Below, piece by piece: positions 52,371-64,000 of a stretch of DNA of 64,000 nt. Below the pieces are notes generated by a model. That model ran no database searches. It had not been told where the DNA came from and saw only the letters and a program-made list of their open reading frames with translations. The stretch comes from Felis catus (lineage: Eukaryota). The DNA is taken from positions 41,914,001-41,978,000 of the forward strand of contig NC_058368.1 of the NCBI RefSeq assembly GCF_018350175.1, given 5' to 3'. The number at the start of each line of letters is the position of its first letter. Positions within the stretch are counted from its first letter, which is position 1. A program made the translations under genes and the position numbers.

Positions 52371-52528
52371 GGCTTTGTTGCTGACAATAGACCAGAAGGA
52401 TGCAATCTTAAAAAGCTGGCAGACCCAGAAGGAACACTGACATTGACATCCTGTTTCAATATATGTATGAGAAACTTTGATATTCTCTTACTAACGGCTT
52501 GGCAGGGATTTTAAAAATGGTTTAAAAA

Positions 52529-52734
52529 AATTTTTAATGTTTATTTATTTTTGAGACAGAGACAGAGCATGAACAGGGGAGGGTCAGAAAGAGAGGGAGA
52601 TACAGAATCGGAAGCAGGCTCCAGGCTCTGAGCTGTCAGCACAGAGCCCGATGCAGGGCTCGAACTCACAGACCGTGAGATCATGACCTGAGACGAAGTC
52701 AGAGGCTCAACCGACCGAGCCACCCAGGCGCCCC
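52529..52734 (-). mobile_element. CAN-SINE (SINEC_Fc type, fairly young)
   Basis: Several CpGs retained; TSD aaaatggttt. Confidence 0.96.
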
Positions 52735-55324
52735 CAAAATGGTTTTTAAATATGGCAAGCAAGATTAATGAAGGAGTAGTGGCAGGATCACCACATATGA
52801 TGTCACTGAAATGACAAGTAATATCTTCTGAAAATGCAAGACCATTTTAAAGCAGGGAGAACTATGTGTTCTTGTTGTTGTTGTTGTTTCTTCTTCCAGT
52901 TATTTGAATTATCCTCTCGGAAGTTAGTATATTGGTCATAAAAATATTCCATCTAGTTGCTGAAATACCAATCCATTTTACTTTTTTCCTGATGCACAGT
53001 CAATAGGGAGTTGTCTCTCACAAGTAATTTTTTTCTACACCTTTCATCCATCTCAGAAATGCAAATAAAAATTAAACTCACTCAGATACATATGCATATA
53101 ATGTAGGTTTTTATTTTATTTTTTTTAATTTTGATACCCTAAGGATTTGTTGTTATTCTTCATAAATCAATGGAAGGGTTATACTCATCCACACAGATGT
53201 AACCTCTTTTCTCTCTGATAGACATCATGTGGAGAATATTCTTCCCTTAGGAAGCTATACAAGTATAATACAGTATCATAAAATTTGTACATATTCTTTT
53301 AACTGTTTGAAATCAATAAATGTACATTTTGAATACCATATACTCATTTATGTTGATCGGTGCCAAAAGGCTATGTAAATCATTTTTGTTGGTAAATTGC
53401 TATGTCTTGAAATTGTAACCTCAAATTGATCCTAATGCTGATATACAAAGTTTTCAGTCTTGTATGGAGAACATAGCAGCATGCGAATAAGTAAACAGTG
53501 ATAACAACTGAAGTGCCAAAAAATAATTATCTAGTTTTGTGATAAGGATCCTTCTTTCATTTCCATGAATGGATGTGCCCTCAAGATTCACAGGGTACGA
53601 TGAAGAAAAGCTGGGTGAGAAGCCTAGAAAGTGCAGTGAAACAAATTCCTGAAATGAACTTTCCCAGTCCTGGGTTCATAGAAACTAGGGAGAGTGACGG
53701 ATTTTGACAGAACAGCTGTTAATGCTAGTACAGAGAGATCTTCAACTTCTCTCCATCTTAGATTTCGTGCTCTGCAGTACACCTCTCATATGCTTAGTGG
53801 TCTCATCTTTAGGACTTTCTGTCATTGGACATTTTCATACTCAGATTTATTTTTGTGCTAAAAATGTGATTTTATGAAAACACACACATCTTGATAAAAC
53901 CTATGGCCAGACCTACGTTCCTTAAGAAAATATATAGACATTCACATACATTCGTGTATATTTAAGTGCATTCCTTCCAGAACACTGGTCTATGAGAATA
54001 TAAATACAAAGTGGTAATCTATTCATTGTCAATTTAACATCTGGCCCCCATACTTCCTCTGCTGGGGAGAGACTCTAAGAATTCAGAAAATGATGGCAAG
54101 CCAACATGGAAAATCCCTTGGAAAAATAAATTTGTGGTTTGTATGTTATTTGTTTTGCCCCAGGAGGGCAGGAGGAACGAGAACAGTAGAGGAGGGGATT
54201 TGGAGAAGAGACAAGAAAGGAATAGGAGAATCTGGCTTCAGAGTAGGGCTAGTTTTGGGAGAAATTCAAAGTGACAGAGTCCCTGAAAGGATTTTTAAAA
54301 ACATAAAAGCTTAATGTTAAGTTTGAAGTTATTTGGCCTTTGAGGTAACTCATCAGATGTTCCTTCATCCTGGAATATTAAGAAAAAAATGGCTCACTAC
54401 ACATTGAAAATTACTTTCCAGGAGTGTGTATTAAAAAATAATAATAATAACGCTTCACCTTTGGGGAAGTAGAATGCAGAGAAAGAAGAAAACTTCTGGA
54501 GGTAAACCAGCTGTAGGAATGCAAGCCCACTTTAGATATCCATAAAATAGAGCGTTTTGGGTTTCCACAAGGTAACCAGGGCCACCAATGATCCATTTTT
54601 ATCTTGATATCAAGAAGCAATGTGCCTTTAGATGATTTCTGTTTTCTATATATATGTGCCTTATCTAATAAAGGAATAGCAACAAGGTCTGAATAGATTG
54701 CCTATCCCTTTCTTCACACCAAACAACTACTCAGAGAAAAGGTGAGAGAGTATATAACAAAAAATTCAAAGCAAATAGAATGACTATCCCCAAAGTGCTC
54801 TCTTTTGCATGCATTTATTTTACTAACAGTATTACTGCTTGTCAGGGATTTAATAATTGATATATCAAGGTGATTGGGCCTGCTATTAGTTGTTCTGAAG
54901 TAGAGCTATCTTTAAAATATCTTGGAAACCAAATTAATGGGTGGTTTTGATGGTCAATTGGGTCATAATTGTAACATCTAGTTATAATTTTGTTAGACAG
55001 CATCTTACAAAAAATCATATGCAGACTTTTGATGCATTCATTTAATAATATACCAAGAGTAAAGCATAGTGTTTTAAATGTTAGCAGAGACTATTTTGAC
55101 ATCTCACACAGTTACACAAGCAAGCTGCAATTAGTAAACCGAGGAAGGGGATGATAGGATCTCAGCAAATCCACTGGGATTATGTGGAAAACATAGGTAA
55201 AATAAAAATGATACCTGATTGGAAGAAAATAGTGAGGGGAAAATTCTCCATTTTTGTGATTAAAAAAAAATAAGATCCAATTGTTTCCTGGACCTTTAGC
55301 CATTCCTAAGGGGAAAACTGATCA

Positions 55325-55465
55325 ATTCAGTGTTGCTCAGTTTAAGTTAATTCCATTCAGAAAATGCATTCAGTTTTCTCTGGGAAGAGCACTGTGCTGG
55401 TGATACCGAGGATATGACGGAATCTACATCTCTCTTTCTTTCTCCAGGAGTTCACTCTCTAGTTA
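55325..55465 (-). mobile_element. L2 3' end fragment
   Basis: 'attccattcagaaaatgcattcag...agcactgtgctgg...ccaggagttcactctctagt'. Confidence 0.55.
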
Positions 55466-56206
55466 CTTAGGAAATGTTTACATGGATAACATTACCAAAC
55501 TAGATTAGAATAAAAAGTGCATGGTATGGGTTATGTAGTTTTCAGGGCTGTTTTACATTTTTTTTTTAATAAGCTCTCTTTTTCCCTGATACTTGTCTTC
55601 TTTCTCCCTTTCCCATCCATTACATCAAAATGCCAATCACTGACTGACCTTCAATTACTATTTCGATTTCTTTCATTTTTACAACACTGTAAATCCATCC
55701 TTCAGCTAATAAATCTACAGTCTTGACCTCAACAAATGATATTACAATGCAAATGCATGATCCCAACAAAGAAATGCCTAAACCTACTAACCCCTTACAC
55801 TTCTTTCTTTTGCATTAAAGGTCAAGAGGACATGTTTGGAGCAAATATTTACTGAAACACAACTTACCACCAGTACCAACAACTCAACAGAAAGTTTTCT
55901 TTAAAACTGTCAAAAGTACCATTTTAAAATGCAAAAGCAAATTCAATTGACACTACAGTCAGTGACTTTTCACTATCATATTATGTAATCATCAAGAAAT
56001 TATCCTTATGAACCCAGAAAGACTATCGTGTTTTTAGAGTTTCTGCTCTAAATTGAAATTTTAATTATTATATAAGCCACATAGAACGACATCCATGCTT
56101 ACCTAGTTTAGAACTATGTATTGGTTGCAAAATACATTTTTCTTTGGTTTGTGGCAAAAGCCTAATGGATTGCTTAATAAGCAAGCCCATTATGTTTTAT
56201 TCTGTG

Positions 56207-56596
56207 TGCTATGCATTGAACGTGCTTCCCCTACCCGTCCCCAAATTCATATAATTGAAGCTCTAACCCTGAGTGTGACTGTATTTGGAGACAGGGCCTA
56301 ATGAGGAAGAGATAAAGATTAGATGAGATCATCAGGGTGAAGCCCTCAAAGAAAAGGTCTGGTGCCTTTATAAGAAGAGGCAAAGACACAGGAGCTTTAT
56401 GTCTCTTCCACCAGGTGAGATACAGTGAGAAAGTGACCATCCACAAGACAGGAAGACAGCTCTCACCAGGAACTGAATTGGCTGGCACCCTGATCTTGGA
56501 CTTCTCAGCCTCCAGAACTATGAGAAAATGAACTTTTGTTACTTAAGCTACGCAGTCTGTGTTAATTTGTGATGCCTGCTGAAGCAGACTAAGACA
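56207..56596 (+). mobile_element. MaLR solo LTR (MLT1A/MLT1A0), full length
   Basis: tgctatg...gactaagaca ends; 'caaattcatat', 'gtatttggagacagggcc', 'ggcaccctgatcttggacttctcagcctccagaact'; flanks ctgtg / ctgca. Confidence 0.93.
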
Positions 56597-56643
56597 CTGC
56601 ACAATTAAGACCTGGGGATATTTATACACATGTCTACACCCAT

Positions 56644-56645
<2 letters not shown>

Positions 56646-56685
<40 letters not shown>
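56646..56685. repeat. (CA)n microsatellite
   Basis: Visible directly in the sequence. Confidence 0.97.
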
Positions 56686-56687
<2 letters not shown>

Positions 56688-57210
56688 CAACTGGTAAGAA
56701 ACATGTAAAGAACATTAGGGAGAAGTGACAAGTGAAATTCAAATGTCTCTTTACCACTTAATGGAAGTAAAGAGGGCAACAGCAAAATTCATTCACAAAA
56801 TTGCACAGGTACATCCATAGGAACATTCTAAAGGAAAAGAGGGATGTAAGCTTATAAATAGAAGGTGAAAATTAATGGAAGTTCTGGAAAGGAGAAGGTT
56901 TCTTCAAACCACTTGGATGTAAGAGAGATGGGTTTTGATGTGCAAATACTAAGTAAAATGTATTATGAAATGTTGGTATGTTGGGATTCTTTATTAACTG
57001 TTTCTTTTCCTTATAAATTGCCATTAAAAAAAGAAGTTGCTAATGAATAAAAATACATTATAAAGTCACATACAATGCTATTACTCTAAATATAATAAAC
57101 ATTTTGATTTTTCTTTCTATATAATGTACAATACATACAATCATGTGAGCCTTTTCCACTTAAAGATATATTATCCATTTTTTCAATGTCATTATATACT
57201 ATAGTTATAT

Positions 57211-57323
57211 ATTTTTTAAAAGATTTTATTTTTATATAATCTTTAAACCCAACATGGGGCCCAAACTCAAAACCCTGAGATCAAGAGTCACATAGTCTAC
57301 TGAGTAAGCCATCCAGGTGCCCC
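57211..57323 (-). mobile_element. Short older CAN-SINE
   Basis: 'aagattttattt...cccaacatgggg...accctgagatcaagagtcac...gccatccaggtgcccc'. Confidence 0.85.
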
Positions 57324-57494
57324 TGTAAATACATTATTTTTAAGGTTACCACGAAGTCCACTCCATACTCAAAACTTTGTGCCATCATATCACCACTTAT
57401 GGGCTTTTTATTTGTTTATTTGTTGGGAAGTTATTGTATTTATGAAGAATATTCAGAGAATTTTAAGGTTTATTTGGCAGAAGATAGAGTGATC

Positions 57495-58412
57495 AAAACT
57501 TAATTGAAGACAACACCAAATGTTGGTGAGGATGTGGAGACAGTAGATCACATTAGATTCACAACTGGATACATTGCTGTGAAAATATAAAATGGTACAG
57601 TCTCTCTGGAAGCTCAGACTTACCAAATCTTATAAAACTAAAGCTGCAATTACTATATGATGTGCTCTTGGTCACTTATCACATAAGAACAGAAATTTAT
57701 ATTTACATGAAAACCTGTATACATATCTTCTTCAGCAGCAGCTATATTCTTAGTAAGCAAATCTGGAATCCTATACAAATCTGGATATCCCAGATATCCT
57801 TGAACAAGTGAACGATTCACCAAACTGATTTTATCATGGAATACTACTCAGCAATAAAAAGGATTTAAGTGCTGATACATGCAACCACTTGGACAAATCT
57901 CCAGGAAATAATGCTGAAAAACCCTGCTGATACCAAAAGGCTACATACTGTATGATCTCATTAATATTGGTAAAGTGACAAAACTTAAGAAATGGAGGAT
58001 AGGTTAGTGGTCACCAGGGGTTAGGGATGGTCTGGGAAGAGGACAGGATGATGGAAAGAAGATACCTAGGGTTATAAAAGAGCAATAGGAGAGATACTTG
58101 TAGTGTGGAACTATTTAGTATCTTGACCGTTATCATGGATACATAAACCTACCCAGGAGATAAAATTGTACAGAACTAAATACACACACACACACACACA
58201 CACACATACACACGAGTACCAGTAAAACTGGTGAAATTTGGATAAGATGAGTAAATTGTACAAATGTCAATACCCTGACTGTGATTTTGTACTATAGTTT
58301 TGCAAAAATGTTACCATCTGATACACTGGGCAAAGTTGAGTGGGACTTCTCTGCATTATTTCTTAAAACTACAAGTAAATCTTTAATTAGGTCAATAAAC
58401 ATTAAAAAATTA
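57495..58412 (+). mobile_element. Ancient L1 3' end (L1MC/L1MD-like)
   Basis: 'ccaaatgttggtgaggatgtggag', 'ggaatactactcagcaataaaaagg', 'catactgtatgat', 'gtactatagttttgcaaaaatgttaccat'. Confidence 0.88.
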
Positions 58413-60790
58413 ATTGGAGAAGAAGATTTATAGTGGAAAAAAGTAAAGACAAATGAGAGTTTAGAAAAGGAAATGTAAGTAGTTAGCTTCACAAAGTGAT
58501 TAGAGTTCGGCAATGTATTTTGAATACAGAATTCTAAAGGTTGAAGATTACAGAATCCATATATAACAGTTATAAGACATAAAATAAGATTTTACTTCAT
58601 ATATGAATTAGAGGACACATTTAAATAAATGGCTCTTGAAAATAGAAGAAAATTAGTCTAGAATGCATATTTTATAATTTCAGCACTTATATGATTGAAC
58701 ATTGTGTATCAAAAAAAAAGGTAAAATTGACCAGACTGTATTAACATCTATATCAGTAAACTCTTCAATAATGGAAACATATAATTCTTTATATTATAAA
58801 TAATATTTTATTATCAGGCACAAAAGAATCACAATTTTACCACAGGTTCAAGGTAACTTTTCAAGAGCTTTTGCTTTATCAAAATATATTAGATGAAGCC
58901 TAATAAAATTTGAAGTATGTTTCAGATGAGAATATGTTCAATATGATATGGTAAGTTATCCTACCTAAATAGCACACTCACATATAATATCAGATACTGT
59001 GCTCTAAGGCTGGTCCTCCTAGGCATTCACTATGAATTGTTCTTATCTCAAATAATATTCTAATACATTTGGAAGCCTCTTTATAAGCAATAAATACATG
59101 TAATTTAAAACATTGACCCTTCACTTGTTATTTGTAGACCTATCGGAATGATTTACTCACCTAACTATATCTGAGAAATTATAATAGCCAGAGATTGAAT
59201 GTTATGGATAAATAGAAGGGCATTATCAAAGTCTTAGCAAGCTCTATTTAGGTTAAAAATAGCAATTAAATGGCATTGATGTTCTTTTTTACCTTGTTGC
59301 CATGAGAAATAATTGTCCTCTTCTGCCCTACATACCAGATGTACTCCCAGCAAACACCCTCATTATCACTTGACAGTTCAACTGCTAAAGGATTGCTGTT
59401 TTTATGTAATTATTCTTATTAGCCATTTTTCATAAAAAGCTTATGAGATAGACTGATAAGTCTATTGCATATGCAATTACAAATGAGAAACCTCAATAGT
59501 GAATGGGCAAATAATTCTGCTGAGGTCATAAAATAGTCAAATGTTCCCGTACAAGTTTTTTTTCCCCTTTTTCCAGTCTCTTAATCTGGCACTTTTGTTG
59601 CTGGCTATCTTGGCTGGGTCTTGGAAGCAAATATGTCATTGCATATTCCTGAATTAATATGAATGTCTGATTACATGTTAAAATCTGCAAGTCCCTCTAA
59701 TTGCTCTTGTGGCAAATTGGTGATGACATTAACTTTAAATACATGGAATTTTGCAGACAGTATGTGCAAGTGGGGAAAACAAAGTAATAGGATTTAGATT
59801 CAGAAGAGTTGGATTCTACTTCAACTTCTGACTTTTTGATCACTTAATTTTGGGTAAATCTTTTAAAGCCTCTGAATTTCCCTGTTCTCAACTAGGATCC
59901 AATTTAACTATCACCTTCTTTCTGTAATTTTGTATGACTCTCCTAAATAGAATTCCCCATTGCCTTATGTGAGTTTCTTGAAGGTAAGGATCACAGCTTG
60001 TTCACCTTGTGTCACTGGATTTTAGCACACTATCTGGCTAGATACAACCTTGAGATAGCAGGTTGAGATAGTGTATGTTTGGTGCTTTATAAACTGAAAA
60101 ATGATTTAGGCTTACATCTTTATATTTATGGCTATTAATGGTAGTCACACAATTAAGGGTATTGAGTTGAGTGAGGTTTTTTTGTTTTTTGTTTTTTGTT
60201 TTTTGTTTTTTTTTTTGCGGGGCAGTACAAAACCAACGGAAATGCAATACAACTAATTAGTCAACATTACCTGCATAATGACACAGGCATCCTGAAGAAT
60301 TCCACTACAGGTCCTTTTACCTTATAGCTACTTTCCAGTGAATTTTCTCCTTGCTTTCTTTCTCTCAATTACTCTACTCGAGATTTATTTTTCTTCCCTG
60401 CTTTTCATTGTAAAAATCTGTTCTCCAAACTGAGGCAAATAGAAAAAAAAATAAAATGAAAAATTCTATAGTCTGTTCATAAAATCCCTCTACTCAATAG
60501 CCTACCTGCCTTTGTCACTCTGGGCAAAACCACCAAGAAAAACACCATTTCCCAATAAATTAGTTTCTGCTTCCCTCCATGTCTACACCCAAGTTGTTAA
60601 TCATTGCTGGAGAAAAACCACATCACATAACCAGGATGGCTTAGTGACATATTTGCGATCACTAGCTTTTAGTGAAAGCTGACCATTGCTTTGCAACAAC
60701 TGTATTGGTTCTCTGGTCAGTCTGTAGTACCCTCTCCACAACCACTTTTGCCAGCCAGTTTTCACGTGCTTCTTTTAAAATGTAGTGTCT

Positions 60791-61035
60791 GGGGGTGTCT
60801 GGGTGGCTCAGTTGGTTAAACATTCAGCTTTGGCTCAGGTCATGATCTCACAATTTGTGAGCTCGAGCCCCACGTTGGGCTCTTGGGCTCTCTTCTGTCA
60901 GCCTGGAGCTTGCTTCACATCTTCTGGACCCCTTCTCTCTGCCCCTCTCCTGTTCTTTCTCTCCCTCTCTCTCTTTCTCTGTCTCTCTCTCCCTCCCTCC
61001 CTCAAAAATAAATAAAATAATAAAATATTATAAAA
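60791..61035 (+). mobile_element. CAN-SINE inserted in an L2 remnant
   Basis: Canonical body; TSD taaaa(tgt/gc)agtgtctg. Confidence 0.93.
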
Positions 61036-61049
61036 TAAAAGCAGTGTCT

Positions 61050-62172
61050 GTTATTTAATTTTTATTTCTGGGTTTTATATTCCAATCCTTCTAGGCTTCT
61101 CCATACCTGACTGCTGTTAAATCAATCTCTTTTGTATCTTCAAACTCCTACTCTCTTATGGGTCTTTCAAATAGTTTAAAACATGTTCATCTTCAGAAAT
61201 AATTTCCTCAAGTCAGCGTCTAGCTATGACCTTAAGTTTCTTACTTTCCACCAAAGGTTCCTGAAAAAGTCACATCCTTTACAGTTTCCAACTCAACTAA
61301 CTCCAGTGTGGCCTCTGCCCTTGACTGTTTCAAAGAAGGTGGCCTTACTCTAAATGCCTTAGAAGGAGAAAGAAGGAGTGGTCTAGCAACAACACAGATA
61401 TTTATGTTTGAAAATACCTCTGTTCACATGTTCAGCCCCAGATCTTTCCTGGTTCCTAACAGAAATATCCAGTTGTATTTCTCACAAGCATCTATGATTC
61501 ATCCAGTGGTTTGGTTCCTACTTCAGGACATAGCACCATAATCCAGCAGGTTTCTTAAGTCGGAAACCTGAGTGTCTTTACTGATACTTCCTTTGACTTC
61601 TCCCCACATCCAGTCCCAGCAGCATTTACTGAGAATCTGACAAGGGTTCTCCACTGCTTTTAGAATCATGTTGAAAAGCTTTACATGATTCACAAGCCCT
61701 TACATGATCTCCCTCTGTCTACTACTCTCTTTTACAGTGATTAGTATGCTCTAAGCCAGTGCCTTCATTTCATTCTTTAAAGATATATGCCTTGTTCTTA
61801 TTTCCTTCCAAGCCATAAGCACCTCTTGTTCTCATTATGTGGTATCTTCTTCATCCATCCACACCTTTCCATTCTTTAGGTCTTAGCTGAGATGTCGTTT
61901 CTTCAGAGACATTCCTTACCCATTTCCATCCAATTATACCAAGTTTCTCTTTAATTAAGTCTCAAAACACCCTGTAATTTTTCTCAATTTATGTAGTTTT
62001 TACAAAGTAATGAATTATATGTTATTCCCTCACTAGACAAGTCTAATGAGAGAAAAAATCATATATATAGATATAGAGATATATCATAGGTAATAATACA
62101 GGTATTATATATACACCCATTATACCTGATCCTTAGCATGGTCTTGCAGATAGCAGCTGCTCAATAAATACA
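61050..62172 (+). mobile_element. L2 LINE fragments (probably continuing the L2 remnant at about 60.4-60.8 kb)
   Basis: 'ttcagccccagatctttcc', 'gaaacctgagtgtc', 'caagcccttacatgatct', 3' end 'cttagcatggtcttgcagatagcagctgctcaataaata'. Confidence 0.7.
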
Positions 62173-64000
62173 TTAATTATACCTTTTTGTTCTTAAAATT
62201 AACAATGGGTATAGAAAAAAATATAATCAGACAGGAATATGTAAGCTGAACACCTTGGATTATTTTCAACCTAAATAAGAAAAGCAATTTCCATAAAATA
62301 TCACAACAGAAAATAAACGAAAATTCTTCAACAGTCCAAAACAGGTAGTCTTTACTTTTTAATCAACATGAGGTTAGAACCAATCAACTATTTAAATATA
62401 AACATTTTATTACTTTGATAGTTTAATTCCTTTAGAATTTCGAATTAATATATAATCCAAAAATGTTCCTTATAAATGAAGTGTATACTTCTATGTGATG
62501 AACTGTCATATGTTAACACCTAAGTTTCCTTGCACACACAGATACATACATATTGCTGTGTGTACATCTATTTCTCTTTATAATGGCCATAATCGTAACA
62601 GTCAAATTTAAGGTTGTAGCCTCAAACCTTTACAGCTACTGCAGAGCCTATAAAGGAATCCTGCTTAAGATTGTTAAAGATAGCATTCACAGTTAGTCTT
62701 AACCTTGGTAGATCATTAAATAAGAAACTACTAATGAGACATGCCCTTCTTCTAGCCAATGCTTCTTTTTTATTCAGCATGACAGCATCATCCACACCAT
62801 AACTGCAAAGTAATCTGTTTTGTCTGGGAATCATAATTACATATTGACAAGTTAAACTGTGAGACCTAAATCAGGGGAATTTAAGCTATTATGGGAGCGT
62901 TCTCATGGGGAAAACCTAAAGGGACATCAATTATTTTGCCACAATCTCACTCCTTTTCAATTTTCCATTCTTGTGTAGAATGAAATCCTATGAGAAAAGA
63001 AGCTATAGAAAAACTGGATGCAGTACTTTGCCTTGGGATTGAGAAATAGCTTCTATGAGTAATTAAAATAAAAACAGGTTATAACTCATCAGTGAATTTA
63101 TTCAGGGGCAGACATTTCTATCAGTGCATTGTATTTTTTCCATGTAAAATTACATTAAAGAGAAATAATATATATTATGCAATTATATATATTATATAAA
63201 AGACTTTACAGCTGCCTGAATAAAAAATAGCATATCATTTTACAGAACAAGTAATTGACAAGCTATCTCCCTGAGAAATAATTTTATATAACATAAATTA
63301 ATTTCAAAAGTCTTTACAACTGTTATAAAAGATCAAAATCATTGGTATTGATTTCTTCCATGAACCAGTCTACTAACAAATAAATATATGGTCAATTAAA
63401 ATTAGAAATAATATCATGCATACCCTTTGCCAATAGTATACAAATTAAGATGGATCCTTAAATTAAAAAAAAATTCTTTTCAGAATTGATTCATTCTAGG
63501 GGTGGAATTATCATTTGCAGTAAACAAACTACCCTGGATTTCAGGAATAGGAATTACCAGGTAAATAACAGAAACAAAAATGGATAACAGTATTTTTTTA
63601 TTTAAATTTTGTTTCACTAGTGACATTTCGGACTAACATGTATATTATCAATATTATACAAATTCTACATTTGGAGCACAAAGTACTTACACTGCCAGGA
63701 AACCATGTATGGTCTGACACCTTTTTCAGAGTTTTGTCCTTTTCCCTAGTTGGTAGTCCTGAAATACAGTGCATTGGGTGTTTCATTCATATCTGTATTT
63801 TTATTACTTTTGTATCCCCAAAGAAACTGAAATAGAAGCAGCCTCTTTCACTGGCAGGGGATTGCGTTCCGATTTTCTTAAGTTTTGCAGTTCCACTTGA
63901 GTTGAAGAGCATTAGTTATTGGTTAAAAGAGGGTTTTCAAAGCTCTGGATCTTAGCACATTGTTGACTGAGGATTCTGAGGCTCAGCAAACCTGGCTAAA

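Noticed and set aside
1431..61015. Recurrent ORFs such as MAQSVKRLT...QVMISQFVSSSP...SLKNK (1653, 16806, 20986, 26743, 29555, 52541, 60785 and others) that resemble a gene family
   Set aside because: All are translations of CAN-SINE copies, not protein-coding genes
1..64000. CRISPR arrays, operons, rRNA, bona fide tRNA or known microRNA genes
   Set aside because: This is mammalian DNA with no repeat-spacer arrays. The tRNA-like boxes belong to SINE heads. I recognised no miRNA by eye, although an Infernal/miRBase search would be needed to exclude one.

Overview
AT-rich mammalian genomic DNA, almost certainly from a felid (cat family). It carries 18 tRNA-derived carnivore CAN-SINE copies or fragments, most with feline SINEC_Fc-type sequence and recognisable target-site duplications (TSDs). 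Older repeats include carnivore L1, ancient L1M, L2, MIR, MaLR/ERVL solo LTRs (MLT1, MLT2, MER54/74-like), a MER58-type hAT transposon and many microsatellites. I could not identify any protein-coding gene. Most ORFs in the track are SINE, LTR, L1 or microsatellite read-throughs, or chance ORFs, so the window looks intronic or intergenic. The best-supported observations concern retrotransposition: an L1 with a twin-priming 5' inversion (30.8-32.6 kb), a probable SINE-head/L1-tail chimera (38.8-39.0 kb), a SINE inserted into another SINE's TSD (1.4-1.9 kb) and a very young SINE (7.1-7.35 kb). A repeat-free, CpG-retaining block with clustered TEAD motifs (46.7-49.5 kb) is a candidate enhancer or promoter. 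There are also a few unverified exon candidates and a possible ancient LTR-retroelement integrase remnant. I found no evidence for a new biological system. Repeat subfamily names come from my recollection of consensus sequences and need RepeatMasker/Dfam confirmation.
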